Source: an uncultured Pseudomonadota bacterium (GTDB lineage Bacteria > Pseudomonadota > Alphaproteobacteria > JACZXZ01). From it: a stretch of 64,000 bases of DNA. Below the pieces are notes generated by a model. That model saw only the letters and a program-made list of their open reading frames with translations, did no database searches and was not told where the DNA came from. The number at the start of each line of letters is the position of its first letter. The stretch's first letter is position 1. The translations under genes and the position numbers were made by a program. The stretch is taken from NCBI GenBank assembly GCA_963749075.1, contig CAVVLJ010000023.1, forward strand, positions 69,269 to 133,268. Reading direction: 5' to 3'. Shown in pieces: positions 30,073-39,518 of the stretch.

Positions 30073-30873
30073 CTAGGCACCCGGCTCGGCGTCGAGGCGG
30101 ACGACGATGCCGTCGAGCTCCTTGCGCGCCGCCGGGTAGCGCTTCATCACCAGGGGATCGTGCCCGGGCACGACATGGGCGGGCGTGCTGGCGAGGCGGC
30201 GCAGCTTGCCGTATCCCGCGAGCATGTCGCCCAGATTGTAGATGACCGGATAGGGCCGCTCCTCCTCGATGTTGGCATAGAGATGCGCCGCGTCGGAGGC
30301 GACGACGACCCAGCCGCGCCGGGTCAGCACGCGCACCGACTGGAGCCCCATGGTGTGGCCGCCGATGAAATGCACGCTCAAGCCGGGTGCCAGCTCCTCG
30401 TCGCCGTCGTGGAAGCGCACGCGGCCTTCGAACAGGCGCCGCACCATGCCGGTGACGTGCTCGGCCTCGAAGGAATGGCGCAGCACCCCGTGGCACATGC
30501 AGCGGCCGGTGGCGAAGGCCATCTCCTTCTCCTGGATGTGGTAGGTCGCATTGGGGAAGAGGTCGAGGCCGCCGGCATGGTCGTAATGCATGTGGGTGAT
30601 GACGACGTCCTTGACCTCCGCCGGATCGATGCCGAGCGGCTTGAGCCCGTCGGCGGGCGAGCGGATGAGGGTGCGCTTGCGCTTCTCCGCCATGTCCTTG
30701 CCGAAGCCCGTATCGACGATGACGGTGCGCCCGCCGCCGCGGATCGCCCACACGAAATAGTCGATCGGCATGGGACCGTCGTGCGGGTCGCCGCCGAGAA
30801 AATTGTCGCTGGCGCGGCGCTCGTGATGGGCGTAGCGCACCGCAAAAACCTCGTAGCCGTCGCTTTCCGACAT
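30073..30873 (-). CDS. N-acyl-homoserine-lactonase-like metallo-beta-lactamase
   Basis: VDTG, THMHYDHAG (HxHxDH), GGHTMG, ASDAAH, PGHD. Confidence 0.88.
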   Translation of the reverse strand: MSESDGYEVFAVRYAHHERRASDNFLGGDPHDGPMPIDYFVWAIRGGGRTVIVDTGFGKDMAEKRKRTLIRSPADGLKPLGIDPAEVKDVVITHMHYDHAGGLDLFPNATYHIQEKEMAFATGRCMCHGVLRHSFEAEHVTGMVRRLFEGRVRFHDGDEELAPGLSVHFIGGHTMGLQSVRVLTRRGWVVVASDAAHLYANIEEERPYPVIYNLGDMLAGYGKLRRLASTPAHVVPGHDPLVMKRYPAARKELDGIVVRLDAEPGA

Positions 30874-30884
30874 GGTCTTTCCCC

Positions 30885-31781
30885 TCAATTGCCGCGCTTC
30901 ACCTCGACGCCGGCCCATTTTTCGAGGCACTGGATGATGCGCGTGAAGTCCGACGCGGGGCCGAGCTCGCCGTTGGCATATTGCCAGAGCGAGCGCACGG
31001 CACCGCCGACCCACATCGGCACCTGGAGCGCCTCCGCCTCCTCGAGGCAGAGCTTCACGTCCTTGTACATGAGGCCGGTCGAGAAGCCGTAGTCGAAGCT
31101 GCGCGGCAGGATGGCGCGCGGGAACTTCTCCTCTGTGGCGCTGTTGCGGCCGCTGCCCGCGTTGATCACGTCGACCATGACGGAGGCGTCGAGGCCGGCC
31201 TTCACCCCCATGACGATGGCCTCGCACGCGATGGCCATGGCGGCGGCCGACATGAGGTTGTTGGCGAGCTTCATTGTTTGGCCCATGCCCGGCAGCGCAC
31301 CGATGTAGAAGACCTTGCCGAAGACCTTGAGGACGGGCTCGAGCCGCTCGAAGAGCGTGCGCGTGCCTGCGGCCATGACCGCGAGCGTGCCCTTCTCCGC
31401 CCCGCCGACGCCGCCGCTCACCGGCGAATCGAGGGTGGCGATGCGCTTCTCCGCGAGGCCGTTCGCGATCTCGGCCGCCACGCGCGGACCCGTGGTCGAG
31501 AGATCGACGTAGGTCTTGACCCGGCTGCCCGCGGCGATGCCGTTCTCGCCGAGCGCCACCGCGCGCACGACGTCGGGGGTCGGCAGGCTCACCAGCACCG
31601 TCTCGACCGCGGACGCCACCTCGGCGGCCGAGCGCTTCGCCTCGGCACCCAGCACCACCAGGGGCTCGAGCGCCTGAGCGCTCGTGTCGAAGACCGTCAG
31701 TCGGTGGCCGGCCTCCATGAGGCGGCGCGCCATGGGGCCGCCCATCTTGCCGACGCCGATGAAGCCGAGCTCTTCGGGCAT
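30885..31781 (-). CDS. 3-hydroxyisobutyrate dehydrogenase-family oxidoreductase
   Basis: GFIGVGKMG, DSPVSGG, MKLANN, MYKDVKL. Confidence 0.9.
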   Translation of the reverse strand: MPEELGFIGVGKMGGPMARRLMEAGHRLTVFDTSAQALEPLVVLGAEAKRSAAEVASAVETVLVSLPTPDVVRAVALGENGIAAGSRVKTYVDLSTTGPRVAAEIANGLAEKRIATLDSPVSGGVGGAEKGTLAVMAAGTRTLFERLEPVLKVFGKVFYIGALPGMGQTMKLANNLMSAAAMAIACEAIVMGVKAGLDASVMVDVINAGSGRNSATEEKFPRAILPRSFDYGFSTGLMYKDVKLCLEEAEALQVPMWVGGAVRSLWQYANGELGPASDFTRIIQCLEKWAGVEVKRGN

Positions 31782-31872
31782 GCGCGGGTTCCTCCCTCGG
31801 GACATCTCTGCTCTTGGCGGCGGTTGCGCGCTCAACGTACTATCACCGCGACGGGGCGAGCAAGGGGCGGTC

Positions 31873-32271
31873 ATGGGCGAATTTCCGAGCGCCGATTGGC
31901 TCGAGGCCTTCCGCGCGCGCGTCAACGCCGATAGGGAGATGCGCGTCATCGGCGATTGGTTCACGACCGCGATGTCGCTCGGCTTCGGCGAGCGGCGCTG
32001 GGTGCTGCGCATCGACAAGGGGCGCATCGCGGAGATCGTGGCCAACCCGCGCATCGACGTGCGCGCGGACTTCGGCTTCCGCGCTCCGCTCGAGGTGTGG
32101 CGCAAGTTCCTGAGCCCGGCGCCACCGCCGCTCTTCCACGACGTCTTCGCCATGATGATGCGGGTGCCGGAATTCGTGCTCGAGGGCGACGGCCTCGTCG
32201 CCATGCAGAATGCCCGGGCGCTCCACCGCATGATGAGCCTGATGCGCGGGACGGAGGCCGGGCATGGCTGA
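31873..32271 (+). CDS. Hypothetical protein (possible SCP2-like fold)
   Basis: 132-aa ORF with RBS, overlapping the hydrolase start; fold is a guess. Confidence 0.65.
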   Translation: MGEFPSADWLEAFRARVNADREMRVIGDWFTTAMSLGFGERRWVLRIDKGRIAEIVANPRIDVRADFGFRAPLEVWRKFLSPAPPPLFHDVFAMMMRVPEFVLEGDGLVAMQNARALHRMMSLMRGTEAGHG

Positions 32272-33103
32272 GTACGAGCCCATCCTCGGCCGCTATCTCG
32301 CGGTGCCGCTCGCGGGCGACGTTTTACGCATCTACGTCGAGGAGGCGGGTCAAGGCAGGCCGCTCCTCTGCCTCCATACCGCGGGCGCGGACAGCCGGCA
32401 GTACCGCCACCTCCTCAACGACGGCGAGGTGACGCGCCGCTTCCGCGTCGTCGCCTTCGACCTGCCGTGGCACGGCCGCTCCGCTCCGCCGCCCGGCTGG
32501 TGGCTCGTCAAGTACCGCCTCACGACGAGCGCCTATGTGGCGGCCGTGCGCGCCGTGTGGCAGGCGCTCGGGCTCGAGGAGCCGGTGGTGATGGGCTGCT
32601 CGATGGGCGGCGCCGTCGTGCTCAAGCTCGCGGCCGAGTACCAGGACGAGCTCCGGGGCATCATCGGGCTCGAGAGCAGCGCCTATGCACCCGGGCGCTA
32701 CAACGACTTCCTCCACCACCCGGCGATCCACGGCGGCGAGCTCGCGGCGACCTACACCTACGGCCTCAACGCGCCTTCGAGCCCCGAGGCGGGGAAGCGC
32801 GAGAACTGGTGGGCCTACAGCCAGTCGGGGCCGGGCGTCTATCAGGGCGACGTGCATTTCTACTCGAACGACTGGGACGCGCGGGAGGACATCCGGCGCA
32901 TCGACACCAACAAGTGCCGCGTCTCGCTCCTGACCGGCGAATACGATTACTCGGCCACGCCCGCCATGAGCCGGGCGGTGGCCGCCGCCATCCCCGGCGC
33001 ACGCCTCACCATCATGCCCGGCATCGGGCACTTCCCCATGATCGAGAACTACCCGCTCTTCCGCCGCTTCCTCCTCCCGGAGCTCGAGCTCATGGCGGGG
33101 TAA
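32264..33103 (+). CDS. Alpha/beta hydrolase
   Basis: LHTAG, DLPWHGRS, nucleophile GCSMGG, GEYD, GHFP. Confidence 0.9.
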   Translation: MAEYEPILGRYLAVPLAGDVLRIYVEEAGQGRPLLCLHTAGADSRQYRHLLNDGEVTRRFRVVAFDLPWHGRSAPPPGWWLVKYRLTTSAYVAAVRAVWQALGLEEPVVMGCSMGGAVVLKLAAEYQDELRGIIGLESSAYAPGRYNDFLHHPAIHGGELAATYTYGLNAPSSPEAGKRENWWAYSQSGPGVYQGDVHFYSNDWDAREDIRRIDTNKCRVSLLTGEYDYSATPAMSRAVAAAIPGARLTIMPGIGHFPMIENYPLFRRFLLPELELMAG

Positions 33104-33108
33104 GGGAG

Positions 33109-33223
33109 GCTCTTAGCCCTCTCCTCCTTCAGGAGGAGAGGGTAAGGGTGAGGAGGTGCATCTGCGAGACACGCCGTTGCCAACGGAAGCGCCACCATGC
33201 GAGGCCTCCTCACCTTCCCATCC
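33109..33223. repeat. REP-like element (CCCTCTCC..GGAGAGGG family), truncated
   Basis: GCTCTTAGCCCTCTCCTCCTTCAGGAGGAGAGGG...GGTGAGGAGG...CCTCCTCACCTTCCC. Confidence 0.75.
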
Positions 33224-33271
33224 CCCGGTACCGGTGGCGCCCGCAGGGCGCGAATCGGCATGCGGGGGCGG
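33224..33271 (+). pseudogene. Central fragment of a RelE/HigB-type toxin
   Basis: Translates PGTGGARRARIGMRGR, matching the (I)PGTGG.RK.R motif of RelE/HigB-like toxins. Confidence 0.65.
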
Positions 33272-33348
33272 CAGACGGTTGATTTATTACGGACTTATAT
33301 ACAAGGCAAAGGTGCGTAAGGCCAAACCAAAGCCATAGGCATTGTCTC

Positions 33349-34422
33349 TTATCTCGTCCACGGTGGTGGATTTGCAGCCCACTGCGCATCGAGCTTCCCG
33401 GCCTCGCGCGTTCTTCTGAATACGTCGAGGATGGCGAGTCGCAGGGCTTGCAGAGAAAACCGCGATTCGATCAAACGATGAAGCTCTTTGCAAGAATCGC
33501 TCATCCTGCCCGTCGTTACGGAAGGGGGGGAGAATACAAGCTCGATCAGCACGCCGCAGTTCGAATTCGCATAATCTGCCTGCAATATCCAATTATCCAT
33601 ATCTGGCGCTCCGCTTGTGTCCCAAAGCCTGCTAATGTCAGGGCGCGCTCTCCTCATGGAGAGATAAATGCTATGGACCGCAAGCCGGACGTAAAATTCA
33701 TTGTGCTGAGGCGATCTGATTGTATCTTTCAATGTGTCGCACAGCCTCACGGCTCCGGCAACCGGTGAGCCGAAAAATGAGATCGGCACAGGCACGCCAT
33801 CATCGAGGATGGCGCATGCGGCGAGCGCCTTGGAAAGCTCCGTAGCACTGGCAGCTGGGAACTGCCTCTCCGGCTCTTGCTTACGAGGTGGATGCAAATC
33901 CGTAAATGGGTCCGGCCCTATGCCAGCGATTAGCCATCCGCACTCGCGCACTGTGTTCTTCGCTAATTCCGCATCTACCAGATTGCGGCTCGTTGCGGCA
34001 TACAGCGTGCCGTCCTGCTCGCTTGGCAGCCAATCCTTACAACGCCCCTCGATTTCCGTGCCGACGAATCCTTGAGATGCACATACGCGCACCTCATTCT
34101 GCATATTTACTTTCGAACCATCCCCCCATCGGCTCTTCAGTCCGCCCAACTTGGCAACATCGCTGGCGGCTACGGCCACCTCAAGGCAATAGGCCCTAGC
34201 GGCACGCGTGATCTTCTCTGGAACTGGAGTTGCTGGCTGTGGCGGCCGTATTGAGAGTCCGCCGCTAGGCTGCCGATAGAGCGGGATAGCGACCCCTCCG
34301 TCCGGCGGCATGACCCACATGTCTTGTGCAAACGCTGCCGCCCCGGAGAATAGGAAGCCGAAGAGTATAGCAATGATGCGCGTGGCCGTGACCTTCGATA
34401 CCGCCCCGGCGATCTGTTCCAC
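33349..34422 (-). CDS. Hypothetical secreted Cys-containing protein
   Basis: 357-aa ORF; signal-like IIAILFGFLFSGAAAFA-QD; no recognised domain. Confidence 0.65.
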   Translation of the reverse strand: MEQIAGAVSKVTATRIIAILFGFLFSGAAAFAQDMWVMPPDGGVAIPLYRQPSGGLSIRPPQPATPVPEKITRAARAYCLEVAVAASDVAKLGGLKSRWGDGSKVNMQNEVRVCASQGFVGTEIEGRCKDWLPSEQDGTLYAATSRNLVDAELAKNTVRECGWLIAGIGPDPFTDLHPPRKQEPERQFPAASATELSKALAACAILDDGVPVPISFFGSPVAGAVRLCDTLKDTIRSPQHNEFYVRLAVHSIYLSMRRARPDISRLWDTSGAPDMDNWILQADYANSNCGVLIELVFSPPSVTTGRMSDSCKELHRLIESRFSLQALRLAILDVFRRTREAGKLDAQWAANPPPWTR

Positions 34423-34706
34423 CGGGATGACCCCTGCTAGGAGTGAAGTTTGACGAACTCACGCACGGCAGTCTTGACCGCTTCCCAAGCCTTCCTAGCC
34501 TTGTCAGCTGCATCATACTCGTCCATCGAGGGATTCAATTGAGAACGACCATGCGCGATTAGCACAATCTTTCCGTTGAGCACGATCTGCGCCTGGAGAT
34601 GTTCATCCCTTGTCCGCTCAAATCCGGCGCACAAATCGGCCCACTTGAGCTGGTCCTGGTTGTTTGGACAGGTGGCAGCGGATTTAAGGTGTATTCCGGA
34701 TGCTGA

Positions 34707-35639
34707 TCACGCTGCCAAGACTCGAATCATGTTGAAGGCTTTTTGTTGCTGTTGGGCCTGTGGAGATGTGGGCAAGGCGTCAGCCTTGTCCATCATATCC
34801 ACAGGCCGCCGGCTCGAGTAGGCTTCCGCAGGCGTGCCGCCGTCAAGCGCCGAGTGCCGGCCGCTCGGTGTTGTAGAAGGCGATCCATTCGCCGATGACA
34901 CGCTCGGCCGCGAAGCCATCCGTCATCTCGTGCAGGTAGACGGCCTCGTATTTTAGCGAGCGCCAGAGGCGCTCGATGAAGATGTTGTCCAGGCACCGCC
35001 CCCGCCCGTCCATCGAGATCGCGATCTCCGCGTCCTTGAGCACGCCGGTGAAGTCGAGGCTGGTGAACTGGCTGCCCTGGTCGGTGTTGAAAATCTCGGG
35101 CCGGCCGTAGTCGGCCAGCGCCTCGTTCAGCGCCGCGATGCAGAACCCGGCATCCATGGTGTTCGACAGCCGCCATGCCAGGACGTGGCGCGTCGCCCAG
35201 TCCATGATCGCGACCAGATAGAGGAAGCCGCGCCGCACCGGGATGTAGGTGATGTCGGCGCACCAGACCTGATCGGGACGCTCCACCGCCACGTCCCGCA
35301 GCAGATAGGGATAGACCCGGTGCCCCGGGTGCGGCGTGCTGGTTCTCGGCGCCTGGTAGATCGCCGCCAGGCCCATGAGGCGCATCAGCCGCCGGACCCG
35401 GTGGCGGCCGGCCGCGATATCCTCCCGCCGCAACTGGCGCACCATTTGCCGGCTGCCGTAGAAGGGGCAGCGCAGAAACAGCTCGTCGATGCGGCGCATC
35501 AGCGCCAGGTTCTCCGGGCTCTCGCCCCGGGGGGCGCAATAGAACGACGAGCGGCTGATCGCGAGAAGCCGGCATTGGCGGCTCAAGCTCAAGCCGGGGT
35601 GGCCGGGCGTGATCATCGCCTTGCGCTCCTCCCGGCTCA
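34707..35639 (-). pseudogene. IS3 orfB (DDE integrase core) with a +1 frameshift near the C-terminus
   Basis: WCADITY, NTDQGSQF, DNIFIERLWRSLKYE; YNTERP then an extra G at ~34858 puts HSALDGGTPAEAY in another frame. Confidence 0.85.
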
Positions 35640-35918
35640 TCGCTTGAGCCCTCTGGCCAAAAAATCCCGTTCCACCGTCAACTGCCCGATCTTGGCGTGG
35701 AGATCGCGAACCTCGCTCTCGTGATCCTGGCGCTCGCGGTCCACCCCGCTCGAGAACACATCGCCCAAGCCCTCGATCGCTTGGCGCTTCCACGTGCTCA
35801 CCTGGTTCGGATGCACCTTGTGCTTCGCCGCGATCTCCTGAACCGTCTTGTCGCCCCGCAACGCCTCCAGGGCTACCCGGGCCTTGAAATCGCCCGCAAA
35901 CCGCCGTCTCATCGTCAT
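35637..35918 (-). CDS. IS3 orfA (HTH)
   Basis: RRRFAGDFKARVALEAL...VHPNQVSTWK...KIGQLTVERDFL. Confidence 0.9.
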   Translation of the reverse strand: MTMRRRFAGDFKARVALEALRGDKTVQEIAAKHKVHPNQVSTWKRQAIEGLGDVFSSGVDRERQDHESEVRDLHAKIGQLTVERDFLARGLKR

Positions 35919-36381
35919 CGCGTACTCCTCCGTTATCCGGCGGAATACACCTTAGCACCCTGTCCGATTTTCCAGGACCAGCTCAACTGTTCGTCAATAT
36001 CTACAATCGAATCAGGCACGGTGCGTATCCCATAGGATGGTGTTGCGATGTCATTTTATTCCGAGATTGAAACGGTCGCAACGGTATTTGGGGCCTTATT
36101 GATGCGCATATTCCAATGATCACAATCCGGCGAACGTCGAATGGCTCGTGGCCGATCTCAACCAAATTACCCCGCGTGCGATTCGTGACGACAAACACCC
36201 AACCCTATGTTTTTTTTAAAAAGTGAAAATCGCCTAGCGACGACCCGGCCGGGCGATACCGTTCTGAACCCATTCTAAGGATCGACCGCAACAACGTATA
36301 ATGCGCGCGGTGACCACAAAACGAGACGCACGGAGATCGCGTATTAGCTGAGGGTGATCGAACCGCTGAAAGGCGACCGCA

Positions 36382-36885
36382 ATGGAAGAAATAGGAGATC
36401 ACGCGCTCTTTGGCAAGATTGTGCTGAGATGGGGATACGTCGAGAACACGCTTGTTGGCATCGTCATGCGACTGACACATCCGCGTTTCGGACTGATGGA
36501 TCATCACGGGGTGCCCATGTCTTTTGGCGGGAGAATTAGGCTTGCCAAACGGGGCTATCGAGAAATCGCCGCGATGACCTTGCTATACGACGAAGCAAAG
36601 CAAATTCTCGACTCGCTATGGCCCTTGAGCGAAACGCGCAATGTCATCGTCCATGGGTATTATCAAGGCTTCACCGGCAGCGACCGATACATGTTTGGCT
36701 TTTACGAAACACGAGAGGGGCGCAAGCGCACATTGAAATCCTATGAGTTCAGTGCTGCTGAGCTTTCTAAGCTGACAGAAGACATTGAGGGAAGCCGCAC
36801 AAAGCTCGAAGACCTATCGGCTAAGACATTCGAGATTCATTTCCCGCGAATAGAGCGTAAAACGATGCGCAAACAAGGGTCGTAG
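36382..36885 (+). CDS. Stand-alone HEPN-like protein (putative RNase)
   Basis: Helical N-terminal FGKIVLRWGYVE and R-x4-H motif RNVIVH. Confidence 0.65.
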   Translation: MEEIGDHALFGKIVLRWGYVENTLVGIVMRLTHPRFGLMDHHGVPMSFGGRIRLAKRGYREIAAMTLLYDEAKQILDSLWPLSETRNVIVHGYYQGFTGSDRYMFGFYETREGRKRTLKSYEFSAAELSKLTEDIEGSRTKLEDLSAKTFEIHFPRIERKTMRKQGS

Positions 36886-36911
36886 AGGCTACCTTTGCTT
36901 TGTATATAAGT

Positions 36912-37067
36912 GCCATTTGCTACTACAGCCCGACGCCTGCCCTCGTAGCGCTGCTCGACATTTACGCCAAGGGGGAGAAGGAGGACCTGACCCATGCCGA
37001 CAAAAGGGACGTCCGCTCGGCGATCCAGGAAATCCGCGAAGCGCTCCGCGCGCACGGCGCTGGGTAA
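36912..37067 (+). pseudogene. C-terminal fragment of the RelE/HigB-type toxin
   Basis: AICYYSPTPALVALLDIYAKGEKEDLTHADKRDVRSAIQEIRE; LL.IYAK.EK.DL is typical of this toxin group. Confidence 0.8.
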
Positions 37068-37353
37068 GCGTGTCGCCGCGGCGGCACGCGAGGTCGCCGC
37101 CCATCTGCGCGGGGAACCGCCACGCTTGGCGGCCTACGAAGTGACGGTCCCCGACGAGGTCGACGTGTCCGCCCTTCGCGCGCGGCTCAATCTGTCGCAG
37201 GCCGCCTTTGCCCGCAGCTTCGGCCTGGACCTCTCGGCCGTGCAGGCGTGGGAACAGCGTCGACGCCGCCCGGACCGGGCGGCGCGCATCCTTCTTGCCG
37301 TGATCGCGCGCGAGCCGCACGCGGTGCTGCGGGCGCTTTCGCCGCGCTCTTAG
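36994..37353 (+). CDS. HigA-like XRE antitoxin
   Basis: RBS AAGGAGG; VDVSALRARLNLSQAAFA...WEQRRRRPDRAARILL. Confidence 0.85.
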   Translation: MPTKGTSARRSRKSAKRSARTALGKRVAAAAREVAAHLRGEPPRLAAYEVTVPDEVDVSALRARLNLSQAAFARSFGLDLSAVQAWEQRRRRPDRAARILLAVIAREPHAVLRALSPRS

Positions 37354-37500
37354 CCCTCTCCACCTTAAGGAGGAGAGGGAGGGACCTATCCCGCCGGGAT
37401 GGGAGGGTGAGGAGGCCGGATGTGCGCTTATGTTGCGGACGACGTGCCTTGCGGAGCGACCTCCTCACCCTAGCCCTCTCCTCCTGAAGGAGGAGAGGGA
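37346..37500. repeat. REP-like element (CCCTCTCC..GGAGAGGG family), complete
   Basis: Two terminal hairpins CCCTCTCCACCTTAAGGAGGAGAGGG and CCCTCTCCTCCTGAAGGAGGAGAGGG with internal arms. Confidence 0.8.
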
Positions 37501-37529
37501 ATCCTGACGGCGGAGAGGAGTGATGCCCC

Positions 37530-38771
37530 CTACTTCATCGCCCACACGGCCTTGGCGGTTGCATCGTTGGCCGGGTAGACCGTGACGGGGACGCCCTTCT
37601 GCCACTGGAAGATGACGAGCGGGGCGTCGATGCGGCGGCCCTTGTCGTCGAATTTGAGGTGGCCGCCGGCGAAGTATTGGGCGGCTCCCGCGCTCGTGTC
37701 CATGGCGCGGATGGCGTCCGCCACCTTGCGGCGGTCGGCCGCGCCGGTCTTCTCGAGCGCGTCCTTGAGGATCTCGACGTGGCCGTAGGCGCAGAGGCTG
37801 TCCTGGGTGAGCCAGGGCTCGCCGGTGCGCTTCTTGAAGCGTGCGATGAGATCGGCCTGGCTCTTGTTGCTCCAGTTGGCGACGGTGACGAGCATGTCCT
37901 CGAGCACGCCGGCGCCGACGGTCTTGAGCAGCTCGGGTGCGCCGAAATGGGCGCCGTTGCCGACGATGGGAAGGCGGTTGCCGCCGATCCCCATCTCGGT
38001 CAGCTTCTGGAGGAGGAGCGCGTCGTCGGGCACGTTGGTCGAGACGAGGAAGAGGAAGTCGGGGCGCGCCGCGCGTACCTTCTGGATGAGCGGCGTCGCG
38101 TCGGAGAGCGGCGGCGTGTAGACCTCGTCGACGAGTAGCTTGAGCCCGTATTTGTCGAGCCCGCCCGAGCGCATGGGCTTGGTGAAGCTCACCGGTGCCG
38201 CCGTATTGTCCATGACGATACCCGTCGTGGTCGGCTTCTTCCCCGTAGCACTCTGGGCCAGTGCTACGATCGTCGGCAGGGCGAGCTCCGCCTGGCGGTC
38301 GCCGGTCGCCGAGGTCTGGAACACGTAGTGGAAGCCGCGCCCGGTGATCTGGTCGGAGTAGGAGAGGGTGAGCCACGGGATCTCGGCGCGCTCGGTCACC
38401 TCCGTGATGGCGAGCGTGAAGGAGCTGAGCCAGGCGCCAATGCCGCCCACGAGATCGGGGTTCTGCGCCACCACGCGCTGGGCTGCGTTCTTCGCCTTCT
38501 CCGGCGAATCGCCGGCGTTGGCCACGATCAGCTTCAGCTTGGCGCCGCCGAGCGATTTGATGCCGCCTGAGTTGTTGATGTCGTCGACCGCCATCTCGGC
38601 GCCCAGGCGCTCGAGCAGGCCCTGGCGCGCCCACGGCCCCGAGAGCGGCACGATGAGGGTGATCTCGACGTCCTTGGGTGCCGCCGCCGCATAGTGCGGC
38701 GCGAGGGCCGCCGCTGCGAAAAGGCCTGCCGCCGCTAAGGCGCGCCACGCCCCCGTGATCTTGCCAGCCAT
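37530..38771 (-). CDS. Liv-type ABC substrate-binding protein
   Basis: Signal peptide; PLSGPWA, INNSGGIKSLGG, GAWLSS, FDDKG. Confidence 0.9.
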   Translation of the reverse strand: MAGKITGAWRALAAAGLFAAAALAPHYAAAAPKDVEITLIVPLSGPWARQGLLERLGAEMAVDDINNSGGIKSLGGAKLKLIVANAGDSPEKAKNAAQRVVAQNPDLVGGIGAWLSSFTLAITEVTERAEIPWLTLSYSDQITGRGFHYVFQTSATGDRQAELALPTIVALAQSATGKKPTTTGIVMDNTAAPVSFTKPMRSGGLDKYGLKLLVDEVYTPPLSDATPLIQKVRAARPDFLFLVSTNVPDDALLLQKLTEMGIGGNRLPIVGNGAHFGAPELLKTVGAGVLEDMLVTVANWSNKSQADLIARFKKRTGEPWLTQDSLCAYGHVEILKDALEKTGAADRRKVADAIRAMDTSAGAAQYFAGGHLKFDDKGRRIDAPLVIFQWQKGVPVTVYPANDATAKAVWAMK

Positions 38772-38810
38772 TTCTTTCCTCCCATTGTGTTGCTCTTGTG
38801 CATAGGTCCG

Positions 38811-39504
<694 letters not shown>

Positions 39505-39518
<14 letters not shown>

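Larger units (their letters stand above)
34646..35985 (-). mobile_element. IS3-family insertion sequence, 1340 bp
   Basis: IRs TGAGCTGGTCCTGG.....GGACAG at both ends (TG...CA); 3-bp TSD ACT at 34643-34645 and 35986-35988. Confidence 0.95.
34437..36019 (-). pseudogene. ~79-aa hypothetical ORF interrupted by IS3
   Basis: Removing the IS and one ACT gives GTG(36019)-PDSIVDIDEQWADLCAGFERTRDE...FVKLHS in frame. Confidence 0.6.
33293..36911. mobile_element. 3.6-kb AT-richer segment bounded by 21-bp inverted repeats, no cognate recombinase
   Basis: ACTTATATACAAGGCAAAGGT (33293-33313) and ACCTTTGCTTTGTATATAAGT (36891-36911), 20/21 inverted match, at or near both toxin breakpoints. Confidence 0.65.

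Noticed and set aside
33293-36911. Integron cassettes or XerCD dif module as the explanation for the island
   Set aside because: No attC-like RYYYAAC...GTTRRRY hairpins after the genes, and the 21-mer does not fit the 11-6-11 XerC/XerD layout.
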